This document shows, one piece after another, positions 27,528-38,064 of a stretch of DNA of 64,000 nt (position 1 is its first letter; each line of letters opens with the position of its first letter). The position numbers and the translations under genes are program-made. The stretch is from Selaginella moellendorffii (taxonomy: Eukaryota > Plantae > Lycopodiophyta): contig NW_003314285.1 of assembly GCF_000143415.4 (NCBI RefSeq), positions 1,809,471 to 1,873,470 on the forward strand, read 5' to 3'. The notes below the pieces were generated by a model, which was not told the DNA's origin, did no database searches, and saw only the letters and a list, made by a program, of their open reading frames with translations.

Positions 27528-28746
27528 TCACGTCAAGCCGGTAGAAAACAGCTCCCTCAACGCGCAGATAACCTTCCTAAGAAGAGGGGACGCCACCCTA
27601 GAGACAACGTGGTCAACGAAGTTGACCTCACTCAGCCTTTTGGCGGCGGACTCGGACAAAGTCATGCCACGGAGCGCCACGAACACGAGCACGTAGAGCA
27701 GCGACTCGAGCTCGCTGGAGACGCAGGCACGGCTCCCCGCCGTCAACACCCCGTAAGACGTGAAGTGCCGTGTGACCGATCTATTGTCCGGGCACAAGAC
27801 ATGTCCAAAGTCCACCAGCAGAGCCAACACTGGTGGTGCCGGGAGCGAGAGGCAAGCACCCAAGCCTGGACTGTGCCAGAAGGAGCTTAGGAAAATCCCT
27901 GCAGAGCGACATCTCCAAGCGCTGGATGCTCACAAGCTCGGGTTTTCCACGTCTAGAGCATCGTGGGCAAAACCCTCCCAGGCTCTTCATGTCCGCGATG
28001 AAACTAAAGGCAAGCTCTCTTTTCGGCTGGTTCGCAAAGATACTGTCTATCCGGCTCCTACTCCGCTGTCAAGCTGACGAGGAATGTCCAAGTCCTCTTC
28101 TAGCTCCCCCCCAAGACTCACAAGCTCCCAAGTCACTCCCGAGGCACCGGCTTGTTTCTTCACCAAGTCCGGCGTGTCGCTGGAGAGCCACACTCCCGAT
28201 CTCGATGTGTCAACCACGCTCCCGGGGGGTAGCATCTTTCCTTGCCCCAACACCCGGCCGATGGCAAGCTGGAGCATGAGTTCTCCGCTATCCACACGTC
28301 TGTATTGTTCTTTCGGTGCCTTGGCGGCCTCTAGCTCTGCGTTCCTGTCCCGCATTTCCATCTCCGCCAGCTCCAGCCTCGAAGGTTCGATAGCAAATAG
28401 GCGATGGCGCTGCTCGTGTCCACGGCCGCCAACGTTTCCAAGATCTCCTGGCCATGCAAGCCTTGGTCCTACTTTCCATCCTCGCGCAAGCTCGCTCGTA
28501 GTACCTTTGCGCTTGAGGAATCTCTGGTAAGCATCATGGAGCACTTCGTCGTGATGGGCTGGTGGGAGGAAGGCCCTGAAGTATGATCGGAGGATCTCCA
28601 CATTGTCCACCTGGTTGACCACGGCCTCCGCTCCGGCGGACAACCCCCCCTGCCTTGTGGATGGACGCCGGGATTGACTCTAGCTCGCTCTCGGAGATGC
28701 CTGGTAGCGCCGAGAACCTCTTCAACCATCCATATACTCCATCCAT
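27528..28746 (-). pseudogene. Frameshifted, intronless divergent protein kinase gene (FunK1/Crinkler-kinase-like) with a helical N-terminal header
   Basis: ATG 28746 (MDGVYGWLKRF), frameshift at the C7 run about 28644-28650, a coiled coil, RVLGQG (Gly-loop-like), then after further breaks LLVDFGH ... TRHFTSYGVL ... SELESLLYVLVFV, resembling kinase subdomains VII-IX of FunK1-type kinases. Confidence 0.5.
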
Positions 28747-28885
28747 ATACTACAATCGTAGGTATCTTACAAAGTCCTGGTCTTGTCCACAAAGAATGCT
28801 CGTTTCTGGCCCCAAAATTGAAGTAGAGAGAATCTGAGGATTAAATTCTTAGCTCAATGCTTTGATCTACACTGTCCTCACTCAC

Positions 28886-30667
28886 TCACTTATTCACATA
28901 CGTTTCAGGGGCATCAAATTCCACAAAGTAGAGCTTCTCGGGCTCACGGTTGCTTCCAAAGTTGACGCGCCGGGCAGACACTTCGATGGTGCTCCGACCG
29001 AAGAACATCGTCACCTCCACCTCACGTCCCGTTCCCATGTGTAGATCCTCGCCAATGTCGAATTCGTAGCTATCAAGCTCTACACACCCTTCGTCGGTCG
29101 TGTACATGGGAATGAAGTCGCTGCTGGAGCTGAACAAGGCAATCTTCAGTACCTTCTGATGCCGGAATATCGGAAAATAAGAGTGTGTTACCGACTGATT
29201 GACCGAGACAGGCCCCTCTTTCTCCACAAACAGGCTAAAGATGTTGCGACATTTCTCCAACCCATTATCGTCAAAAAACTTGTACGCCGGTGGATCATTC
29301 CTATGGAAGTTGCGAGACGAGGAAATGCCATACGAATGTTTGGAGATTCTCGAGAGCACAACGCCTGTTCCATAACCAAGAGCCACGGCACCGCTACAGA
29401 TTGCACCACCCGGATTCGGATGAGAAACCACTCTCGCCACGCCCTCGAAGCGATTCTTGATCCTGCTCCGCAGATACGGACTCGAGGCAAATCCCCCAAC
29501 CAGAAATATGTACTTGATGTCGTCAACTTTGTCAAGTTTCTCCTGGATCAAACGGATGGTTTTGTCAACCTCGGTGTCAAAGATTGCTTCCATCTGCTCA
29601 CAACAGATCTTGATCTCGTCGTAGTAGTCATCGTCCTCAGCAAAACCCCGTACAGTTTTGTCATGCTTCTTCCATGCTTTGGACAACTTCTTCGGTACTT
29701 CCAATAACTTTGGACACGATCCATTGAACGTACACTTACCGTCAGGCCCCAGCCACCACATCAAGATGCGGTGGTAGACAATAGATTGCTCCTGCTGGCA
29801 AAATCTTCTGAAGCAACCAATCTTTTTCTCAAGGAATTCCATGAAGTTTCTGTCGACATAAGTTCCACCCCCGAGCTCTCCCGAGCTAGCGGACACCTCA
29901 TGGACCTCGTGCTTCCCTGGAGCGCTGCTCTCCTTCTCGTGCACTACTATATCGATTGTTCCACCACCAATATCCGCCACCAGGAACTTGTCCCCTGGAG
30001 CTAGCGAGATGATGCGGCCCAGCTCCATCTGGCACGAAAACGAGGCCGCCTCTGGCTCCAGTATTATCCTCAGGGGATACATGCTCGCTTTGGAGCTGGA
30101 GCAAAACTTACCTCTTACGAGCTTGGCCTTCTCGGCATAGACTTGCATCTTATGCTTCGCCTTGTCGCTCCAGATTGCGGGAACTGTGAGGCACCACTGC
30201 ACATCCCTCGCGCTAAAGCTTTGACCATAAGTTCCCTTGAGATGCTCGACAATGAACTTGGAGATCGAAGCGAGATAATCGACCACAAGCCTCTCAACTT
30301 CCAACTTACCAGCAAAAGAGTCTTGGATGGCCTTGTTCCCGTCGCTAAAATCTTCCGCTAGCCTCAGCTTGAATTTGTTGACAAGGAAACCGATCTCATC
30401 CTGCGATGAGGGTCTTGACTCCATGAACTTCTTCGTTGCAGCCCAGCCCCAGTCTTCGAGCTTGAACGAATCGTCTTCTCTGCCTGGCGTGTAGAAGAGG
30501 CTCGTCTGTGTCTTGCAATAGGGCCTCGGAGAGCACGGCCAATCGTATAAGAGATTGACGTCCTTTGTGTCGATGCGGTGTGCATAAGCAAAACCCGAGT
30601 AAGTGGTCCCAAAATCTAGACCCACAACAAACTTTGGCACTGGCGCATCACAAATCGCTAGGGACAT
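28886..30667 (-). CDS. HSPA12-like atypical Hsp70-family ATPase, intronless
   Basis: VVGLDFGTTYSGFAYA, WCLTVPAIWSDKAK, LEPEAAS, VADIGGGTID and IFLVGGFASSPYL are HSPA12-type signatures; no canonical Hsp70 lid or EEVD. 593-aa uninterrupted ORF. Confidence 0.9.
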   Translation of the reverse strand: MSLAICDAPVPKFVVGLDFGTTYSGFAYAHRIDTKDVNLLYDWPCSPRPYCKTQTSLFYTPGREDDSFKLEDWGWAATKKFMESRPSSQDEIGFLVNKFKLRLAEDFSDGNKAIQDSFAGKLEVERLVVDYLASISKFIVEHLKGTYGQSFSARDVQWCLTVPAIWSDKAKHKMQVYAEKAKLVRGKFCSSSKASMYPLRIILEPEAASFSCQMELGRIISLAPGDKFLVADIGGGTIDIVVHEKESSAPGKHEVHEVSASSGELGGGTYVDRNFMEFLEKKIGCFRRFCQQEQSIVYHRILMWWLGPDGKCTFNGSCPKLLEVPKKLSKAWKKHDKTVRGFAEDDDYYDEIKICCEQMEAIFDTEVDKTIRLIQEKLDKVDDIKYIFLVGGFASSPYLRSRIKNRFEGVARVVSHPNPGGAICSGAVALGYGTGVVLSRISKHSYGISSSRNFHRNDPPAYKFFDDNGLEKCRNIFSLFVEKEGPVSVNQSVTHSYFPIFRHQKVLKIALFSSSSDFIPMYTTDEGCVELDSYEFDIGEDLHMGTGREVEVTMFFGRSTIEVSARRVNFGSNREPEKLYFVEFDAPETYVNK

Positions 30668-30805
30668 ATCTACGAACTTGGAATTCCTGGAGTTGAAACG
30701 AGCGTTTATATCAAGAACTTAACGCGGAACTTGCGCTCACGCTCACTGACAGCACTAAATTTTGAAATTCTGCGATTTGTACTCTCTTTAAAAAAGCTTA
30801 AGACT

Positions 30806-32919
30806 TTATACATTTTGAAAGATTGATACCCAATCAGCTAGATACCATTGACATGAAGACTGCGAGCCAGAGTGTGATTGGTACCAGGGCTCCAATATAC
30901 TTTTAAGCAGGATTCTCAGAATTTGTAAGCAAACTAGAATGGCTCTTACCTGAAACAGCAACAGTTCTGCCAACTCTTTTGCAAGTGGCCTTGTGGAGGG
31001 ACGCAGCTGTTTTAAATATGACAAGTATATAGCAATTAAAACAATAATAATGATATTTGAAATTTCATACCTGGGCAAGAACAACTAAGTTCTGTGCTGA
31101 TGGCATTGAAGAAAGGACCTGTTAAGAAATACAATGCACAAGTTTAATTTTTTTTAAAAAGAAAAATACCATACCAGTAGAGTGATCTTGCATATGGGAT
31201 CCATCGTCAAGATCTTCATCCTCTCCGCAATCTAAATTAGAAGAGTTAGCATGCTATTTAGTAGTATACGACTCAACTGATAGAGCTGTAGAGAAGAAAA
31301 GTGGAAGCATCAGCCATCTCACGAAACAGATTGCCACAAGTTCTTTGCGTCCGATCAAAGTTGGTGTTGATTCATGGCTGCTACTAGATACACTGGAATC
31401 CATCACTGCCAGTGCAGGAGCAAGCGACTTGATCTTCCTCGGTCCCCAGAAATGAGGTAACTTTGCGCTCCGAGACTTCATAACTCCGGCCAATGAGCAA
31501 GCCAAGACAATAACTTGGATTGCTGGTGCTGCTGATCCCAGGAATGATCCTGCCTGAAACAAATGGAGACACATGATCAACTTGTTCAGATTATTGTCAA
31601 AACTATTGTCATCTATGAAGCTTACATCATAAACTGGATGAAATATTTTCCAGACAAGCGGAACATTTTCAGAGGAGTGGTCAAGAGTCAGGAATTTTGA
31701 TACAGGGGAGAGGCCAAGTACGGTGCCTAGTAGAACCTGAAAAGAAAATAATAAGTAAAAGAAAACATATATGGTTTTATGGTGATGAAATTAACTTACT
31801 CCAAATAATGGAGGATTCAAGAGACGTTTGTACCACCTGATAATACTGTCCACAAAATGTTTCTGTTTCTCTGGAATGTCTTGGCTCTGGACTGAAGAGG
31901 ATAGAATTTGATACGCTACAGTCCACAGAAATGGAGACCATCCAACAATGAACAATGCGAGATAGCTGAAAGGAAAGAATTGGTTAGAGCTGATAGACAT
32001 TGAATTCTTACCCTGATGCAAGGCTTGCATCTCGAGGAGACAGAATTCCTCTGATAAAAACCTGTTTTATTACTAAGATCGTGTTGAAAACCTCTTTAAG
32101 GAACAGCTCACGAGTGGAAGTGAAAGTGTGTTGCCAAATGCACAAGAAATCGTCACGAGAGCTTCCTTTTTAGCTAGAACTTTGGCTGACAATTGTTTTC
32201 TGGTGGTGTTTGGAATATGATACAAAGTAGCGCAAGCAAGTTTGCCAAGCAAAGCTCCAGCCGAAATCTGTGTTGTATTATCATGCATGATTACTCCAAG
32301 TTTTTGTAAGAAACATCTTTAAAAGTACCTGGGCAATTGCGATCAAAGGGATCGCAGCTATATTAATTCCTGTATGGTGCATTGCAAGAACTGTAGATAC
32401 CTAGAGTTACACAAAACAAAGCCTTAAATTTATAAGCACAAAATAACTCTAAAGAGCTGTTAATGAAAATATACCTTCGACATAAGGTAGCAGGGAATCA
32501 GAACTCGAAATGCCACCTTTGTTGCAATAGTAAATTAAATATTAGATACAAATAATTAAGATCAAACCTGGCTTAAAACCACTGGTGTCTCTGCAGGAAA
32601 AAATTCAGACCTTTGCAGCCATGTTATCAGAGCTGCACTGGGAAATCGCATTAAAGGCAGACTAATTTCTTGGTGGAAAGGATTTACCACAAGAACTGAA
32701 GATGCTAGCAGAAGCTCCCAGAGATGTGAACAGCACATCACTGTTGAAAGAGGGAAGATTGGCAGCAAATTCCACCAGTTTGAGAGGAGCAACAGCAGCA
32801 ATCCTGCAATTGGCTGTGTCGCGATTCAAATACAAGTGATTCTTGGAGAATTTCTGCCTGCCAAAGACATTGCTATCCTTCCACAAGAAACGGACTTTAC
32901 TAGAAATCAAGAGCTCCAT
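30806..32919 (-). CDS. PIN-LIKES / auxin-efflux-carrier (Mem_trans) family transporter, many short exons
   Basis: Hydrophobic exons: VAFRVLIPCYLMSK, GALLGKLAC, ISCAFGNTLSLPL, YLALFIVGWSPFLWTVAY, LLNPPL, FLGSAAPAIQVIVLACSL, ICFVRWLMLP, MMPSAQN. Exact exon junctions are not all resolved. Confidence 0.7.
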
Positions 32920-33461
32920 TGTGAATATCACCCACACATTACTATAAACACTATCTATACAGCCCTTAAAAAAGTAAGTATGATCTAGCCCTAAATTTGT
33001 TGTATTTGCAACCCTTACAAAAGTAAGTATATTCTCAGTTCGAAAGAGAGAATATGCCTAACCTCTCCAGCCCTAAATTTGTAGCATGAGCCCTAAATTT
33101 TACATTTTGGTTGGCTCTCTCTTTCGCGGCGCGTGGAGTGCGCCGCTGGAGCGTGGCGCATTCCAGCCTGGGGCCTCGAATCCTTGCATTGCTTCCACGC
33201 TGACGTCGCGACTTCCTCGTCCCTGCCGAGGTATGCAAGAGGGCGGACGATTCTTAGTTTCTTGTTTACATCTCCTTGGATTTGGGAGAAATCGTCGGGT
33301 AATCTTTCGACAGGGACAATGCCGTGAGCCTTAATGTAGATTAGGTGTAACTTCGCGATCGCGATCAATTATTCTAGTAGAGAATTGAGAAAAATTCCCT
33401 TGGTTTTTTTTTTTGTGGACAGGAGAATCGAGAGAGCAAATATGAGGACTTGGTTTTCGTG

Positions 33462-36400
33462 ATGGCAAGAGCGTCCGCGGAGGGAAACGTGGAAGTGTTT
33501 CCTGCAGCACAGTCTAGTGAGTAGAAGAACAGCTTTGGTTTTGTCTAACAGTTCCTTTATGCTTTCTTTTTTCTCGATCCAGCTTTAAAAATTCTCGCGG
33601 ATGTTGCTCACCACGGGAACTGTCCAGTGGTCCCGAAGGGCCATGCCAGTTTCGAGAACTGGTCCAGGAGCCAGCTCCAGCAGTACTTGAACTATCGGAT
33701 CGGAGGGATCAACAAATACGCAAATTATTCCAGGCCGAGGCTGATTCAGCGACTGCTGCGGATTGAAACAGGGCCGAAGGAGAAGTGTCCGGTTTCACGT
33801 AAAGAGCGAGTTAAAGAAAAATCAAGGCCGGCACCAGCAGTAGAAGACTTACCACGTCCAACCCGAGCGACAGAGACTCCAGTCTTTCAGACTCTGAGAA
33901 AGCGATCCAGGAAAGGCGAGAAAGTTCGTCGTTTGCCAGCTCTTGACGAAGGTGGCTTCCAGGATCGTCTTTGCGGGAACGCTGCATGCCGAGCAAAGCT
34001 GAGTGGCAAGGAGGAGTTTTGCAGGCGCTGTTCTTGTTGCATTTGCAAGCGTTTCGATGACAACAAGGATCCTTGCCTGTGGATAGAATGCGGTGGAGAG
34101 AAATACAGAAGCTGTGGTGCTTCCTGCCACTTGGAGTGCGGCCTCAAGCTGCGAGCTGCTGGAGTCGTGAAGCGGGGAAACACGATTCAGCTGGACGGAA
34201 GCTTTTCTTGCGTGAATTGTGGCTTCATCAGTTGCTTGCTTGGGTAAGCTGAACTAATATATATTTTTCAATCGTTCTTTATCTTTTGTTTTGTTTTTTG
34301 TTTCCAGATGCTGGAGAAGGCTACTCTCTGTCGCCAAGAATGCACGACGAATCGACGTTTTTACAACTCGACTCTCGTTGGCTTTTCGTCTCTTGGATGG
34401 CACTCTGCGATATAAAAACCTTCACGACATGGTTGCCGATGCGGTAAGAGCCTTGGAAAAAGAACTAGGCCCCGGTGGTCTGGCTGCTGCAATGCGCACT
34501 CGGGGTTTAGTGACGAGACTATCCTGCGGCGTACACGTCCAGAACCAGATCGAGAATGCCATTAAGAAGGCCTCGTCTTGGCCCGTAGAGCAAGAGACGC
34601 AAAGGATTTTCCTGACGAAAGGTGAGACCTTTCTTTTTTGTTTTTGCTCTCGTATTTAATTTTAGCTGGCTACACAGGGGGAGCACTGGAGCGCATCTAT
34701 AAAACTCACATCGAGCAAGTAACGCCCGAGTCGGCAGTGGTTTCATGGAGTGGCACTGAGAATACACTGGGAGATGAAGTGATCGGTCACAGCGTATGGT
34801 GTCGGGCAGCTGGTGCAAGTAAGTTCCCAGAGGGTCCAGTTTGTAGCGTACCAGGTGGGGAAGTGACGAAGGCTGTGGTAACTGGCTTATACCCCGGAGT
34901 AGACTACGAGCTAAGGCTTGTTCCATTGACAGGGTCCGGTGAGTTTGGTCGGATTGAGGCTCGGTTTTCCACTCCTAGACTGGATCATGATCTTGAGCCA
35001 TTTCACAAGTTGCTAGATGGCGGAAAGGGTGATCTAAGTTTCCGGATACGTGAGGTTGGCAAGTTTTTTCATGGTGATGGTACTGCCACGACGATGAGGA
35101 ACGCACTAGGTTCACAGTTACACAGCCCGGCAAGTGGGGAGTTATTCTCTGTACCCGTGGAAGAAGCGAATGCAACCACCGTTGAGGAAGAGAAGCACGT
35201 TATATCAGAGACGGTGGCGTCCTCTCAGAAGAAAAATGACTCTCAAGGCTCGAAGTCGGTTGCAAAGAGGCTGTATTGTTCCGAGGACATGGATGAGGTG
35301 CTCAAGGACGTGGAGGATCGAGAGAGGATTGATCTAAACAAGTCTCGGGTACACGAGAAAGAAAGTCTTCCGCTGCAAACCCCGAAACAACGGATAGTGA
35401 TCGAGAAACTCGAGAAGAGCAGCATGGATTCTCCGGTTGTGGGATGCGCTAACGAGGAAAAGGAGACGATCCAGCAGCAAGGCCATGACGATGTCGTGGA
35501 TGAAGTGAACCAGAAGGAGATGGATACTCCGACGATAAGTAAAAGCCATAAGTTGGTGGAGCAACAGGATACTATGGTGGCAGAAAACGTTGATGATCAA
35601 AAGAAGACGATCCAGGAGCATGACCATGCTGACCATGCTGTCGTGGATGACGTGATCGAGAAACATACTCAGCAAAAGGATGAAGTGGAAAGCACAATAC
35701 AACTACAAAACCATCTTGTCGAGGATAAAGTGGTCGCAGAAAAGGTCATCGAGCAAATGAAGATGATCCAGCCGCAAATCGGGGATACAGTGCTCGAGTT
35801 AAACAACGTGGAGGAGCAGCCTACTCCGGTGTTAGAAAACGAAGCGATAAACCATCTTTTCGGGGATAAAGTGCCCGAGAAAAACAACGTGGAGCAGCAG
35901 CCTACTCCGGAAAGAGCCATCGAGCAAAGTGAAGCGATCCAGCCGCAAAACCATCTTTTTGGGGATAAAGTGCCCGAGAAAAACAACGTGGAGCAGCAGC
36001 CTACTCCGGAAAAAGCCATCGAGCAAAGTGAAGCGATCCAGCCGCAAAACCATCTTTTCGGGGATGAAGTGCCCGAGAAAAACAACGTGGCTCTGGTGGT
36101 CATCGAGCAAAACGAAGCGATAGAGCAGCAAAACTATCTTGTCGGGAATAAAGTGCCCGAGGAAAACACCGTGGAGCAGCAGCCTACTCCGGTGGTAGAA
36201 AAAGCCATCGAGACAAACGATGCGATCCAGCAGCAAAAGCAAAACTTGGACGAGGCCATCGAGCAAGAGAAGAACCAGATCCGGGAGCAGCATCAAAGCG
36301 GAGTGATCAAGAGCCAGGACCTTCCGAGCCACAGGAGCCAGAGGAATCGAGAGCAACATCGAAATGGAGTGGTACAACATGAAAACGTGAACAAGCTCAT

Positions 36401-36842
36401 ACGGCAAAAGAGCAAGAAGACGATCGTTCCTCCACAAAGGCTTGCAAAGGTGATCCCCGAGACTCAAGCGCAGCAGGATCGACCGCGGCAAGCCGAGAAG
36501 AAGAGAAAGAAGATCATCGACGATCATCTCTCGCTTGGGGAGCCTCAAAACGACGTTGATACCAGTGGTGACTTCTGGAGCGAGGACTACCTCGACAAGA
36601 GCCTCGAGTTTAGCATCAAGGTGATAGTGTGGCTGGAGCGCCAGGGCCATCTCCAGCCGGCCTTCCGGCTCAAGCTCTTGACATGGCTGGGCTTCCGCGC
36701 CAGCGTGGAGGAGAAGAAGATGATCTTCGTGTACGTGAGAACGCTGCTCACGGACCCTCACGGCCTGGCTCATCAGCTCGTCGATACATTCGGCGAGATC
36801 GTGGCGACGCAACGATTGAGAGCTGAGGAAGCTAGTTCTTGA
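33462..36842 (+). CDS. VIL: VIN3-like (VIL/VEL) protein: PHD finger, FNIII and VEL domains
   Basis: CGNAACRA...FCRRCSCCICKRFDDNKDPCLWIEC...CGASCHLECGL...QLDGSFSCVNCG; WRRLLSVAKNARRID; FNIII (GLYPGVDYELRL); C-terminal EFSIKVIVWLERQGHL..FRLKLLTWLGFRAS..EKK...DPHGLAHQLVDTF. Confidence 0.93.
35700..36240 (+). repeat. In-frame 99-bp (33-aa) tandem repeat inside the VIL coding sequence
   Basis: NHLFGDKVPEKNNVEQQPTPE(R/K)AIEQSEAIQPQ occurs as two near-identical copies with several degenerate flanking copies. Confidence 0.9.
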
Positions 36843-37046
36843 GCTCTTTTCTCTTGTTTCTCTTCCAAGGAAAAACGATTTTTTTTGGTTACTTCGACTA
36901 TTCTTCTTACAAGGTTGATTCCCTCTCTCGTTTTCTAGAACTGGATCTCCTTTAGAATGGTTTCTTCTTCTTCCAGGAAAGTAAACGTTCCACGCTCGTA
37001 TGATCGATCTTCTATTCTTTTTAAAAGGTTGGTTCTCTCCATTTCT

Positions 37047-37547
37047 CTAGAACTGGATATCCGAGTAGTCCCTCTCCTGGACGATCTCCACCTCCCACAG
37101 AAAATTCTCATCGTCGTCGCGATCAAAGTCGTGGGTGATGGTGTTCCTCCACGGCGGAGCTCCACCGTTGGCACGAAGATAAGTTCCGTACCGTGTTCTC
37201 AGCTTGATCAGCGTTCCGTGCTTTGCCAGATCCTGGATGGGCTCCCACTCGCACAGATCGTCGGCCTTGGTGGGATTGGTCTGCACAACCTTCTTGCCCG
37301 TCCATCCCAGGAGGAAGTTCTGGTGCGAGCCCGTCAAGTAGCCGCCATAGCTGCTCCTCAGCCGGATTTGGGTGGCCTGGCTGTCGCGGAACCTCTTCAC
37401 CTCCCAGACTGTGGAGGGATCGTCGTGCTTGTTGGAACCCCGGGCCTGGAAGACGGCGCCATTGCTGGAGGAGTCGGCGGCCAGGTATTTGGCGTGATGG
37501 GCGGCGCTGCGAAGCCTCACCTTGCCAGCGTAAGTGAAGATATCCAT
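37047..37547 (-). CDS. DUF569 / actin-crosslinking (fascin-like beta-trefoil) protein
   Basis: VRLRSAAHHAKYLAAD, IRLRSSYGGYLTGS, FLLGWTGKKVVQ, WEPI, IKLRTRYGTYLRANGGAPPWRNTITHD and LWEVEIV match the plant DUF569 pattern. Confidence 0.88.
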   Translation of the reverse strand: MDIFTYAGKVRLRSAAHHAKYLAADSSSNGAVFQARGSNKHDDPSTVWEVKRFRDSQATQIRLRSSYGGYLTGSHQNFLLGWTGKKVVQTNPTKADDLCEWEPIQDLAKHGTLIKLRTRYGTYLRANGGAPPWRNTITHDFDRDDDENFLWEVEIVQERDYSDIQF

Positions 37548-37812
37548 GGGATCGCGGCGATCAAGTTACCTGGCGTCAGAGAAATCGGAGCAATGGGGTG
37601 GATTTGATCAAAAGATTCCAGAGGATGAAGACGAGATTAACTCTTGGTTGGCCAGTTGCTTCCGCGTCTTGCGTGACCGCCCCATAGTCAACAAAGACTT
37701 GACCGGATAGTCAACAAAGGATAATCTTATTTAAAAAGTAGGGCTTAGGAAAAACAAGACAAAAAGTATATTCTCGTTTCTCAAAATTAGGGTTGAGAAG
37801 AAGGAGAAAGCT

Positions 37813-37886
37813 TGGCTTCATCCAGGTTCGAACTGGAGACCTTCAGTGTGTTAGACTGACGTGATGACCAACTACACCATGAAACC
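37813..37886 (-). tRNA. trnV-AAC: tRNA-Val (anticodon AAC)
   Basis: Reverse complement GGTTTCATGGTGTAGTTGGTCATCACGTCAGTCTAACACACTGAAGGTCTCCAGTTCGAACCTGGATGAAGCCA: 7-bp acceptor stem, anticodon arm TCAGT-CTAACAC-ACTGA, T-loop TTCGAAC. Confidence 0.96.
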
Positions 37887-38064
37887 GATGATGTTAAAAC
37901 CATTTGAGTTTTCAATATTTAAAACATACATTTAGCCCAAAAAGTAAAACCAACTGTTCTTCCAATGGATCGATAGTTTACGACACGCTCGAGAACTCTT
38001 TCACAATCTGGTTCTTGCCAACTTTCTTCTTCCAATCGATCGATAGTGTCTCGAGAACTTTCTC

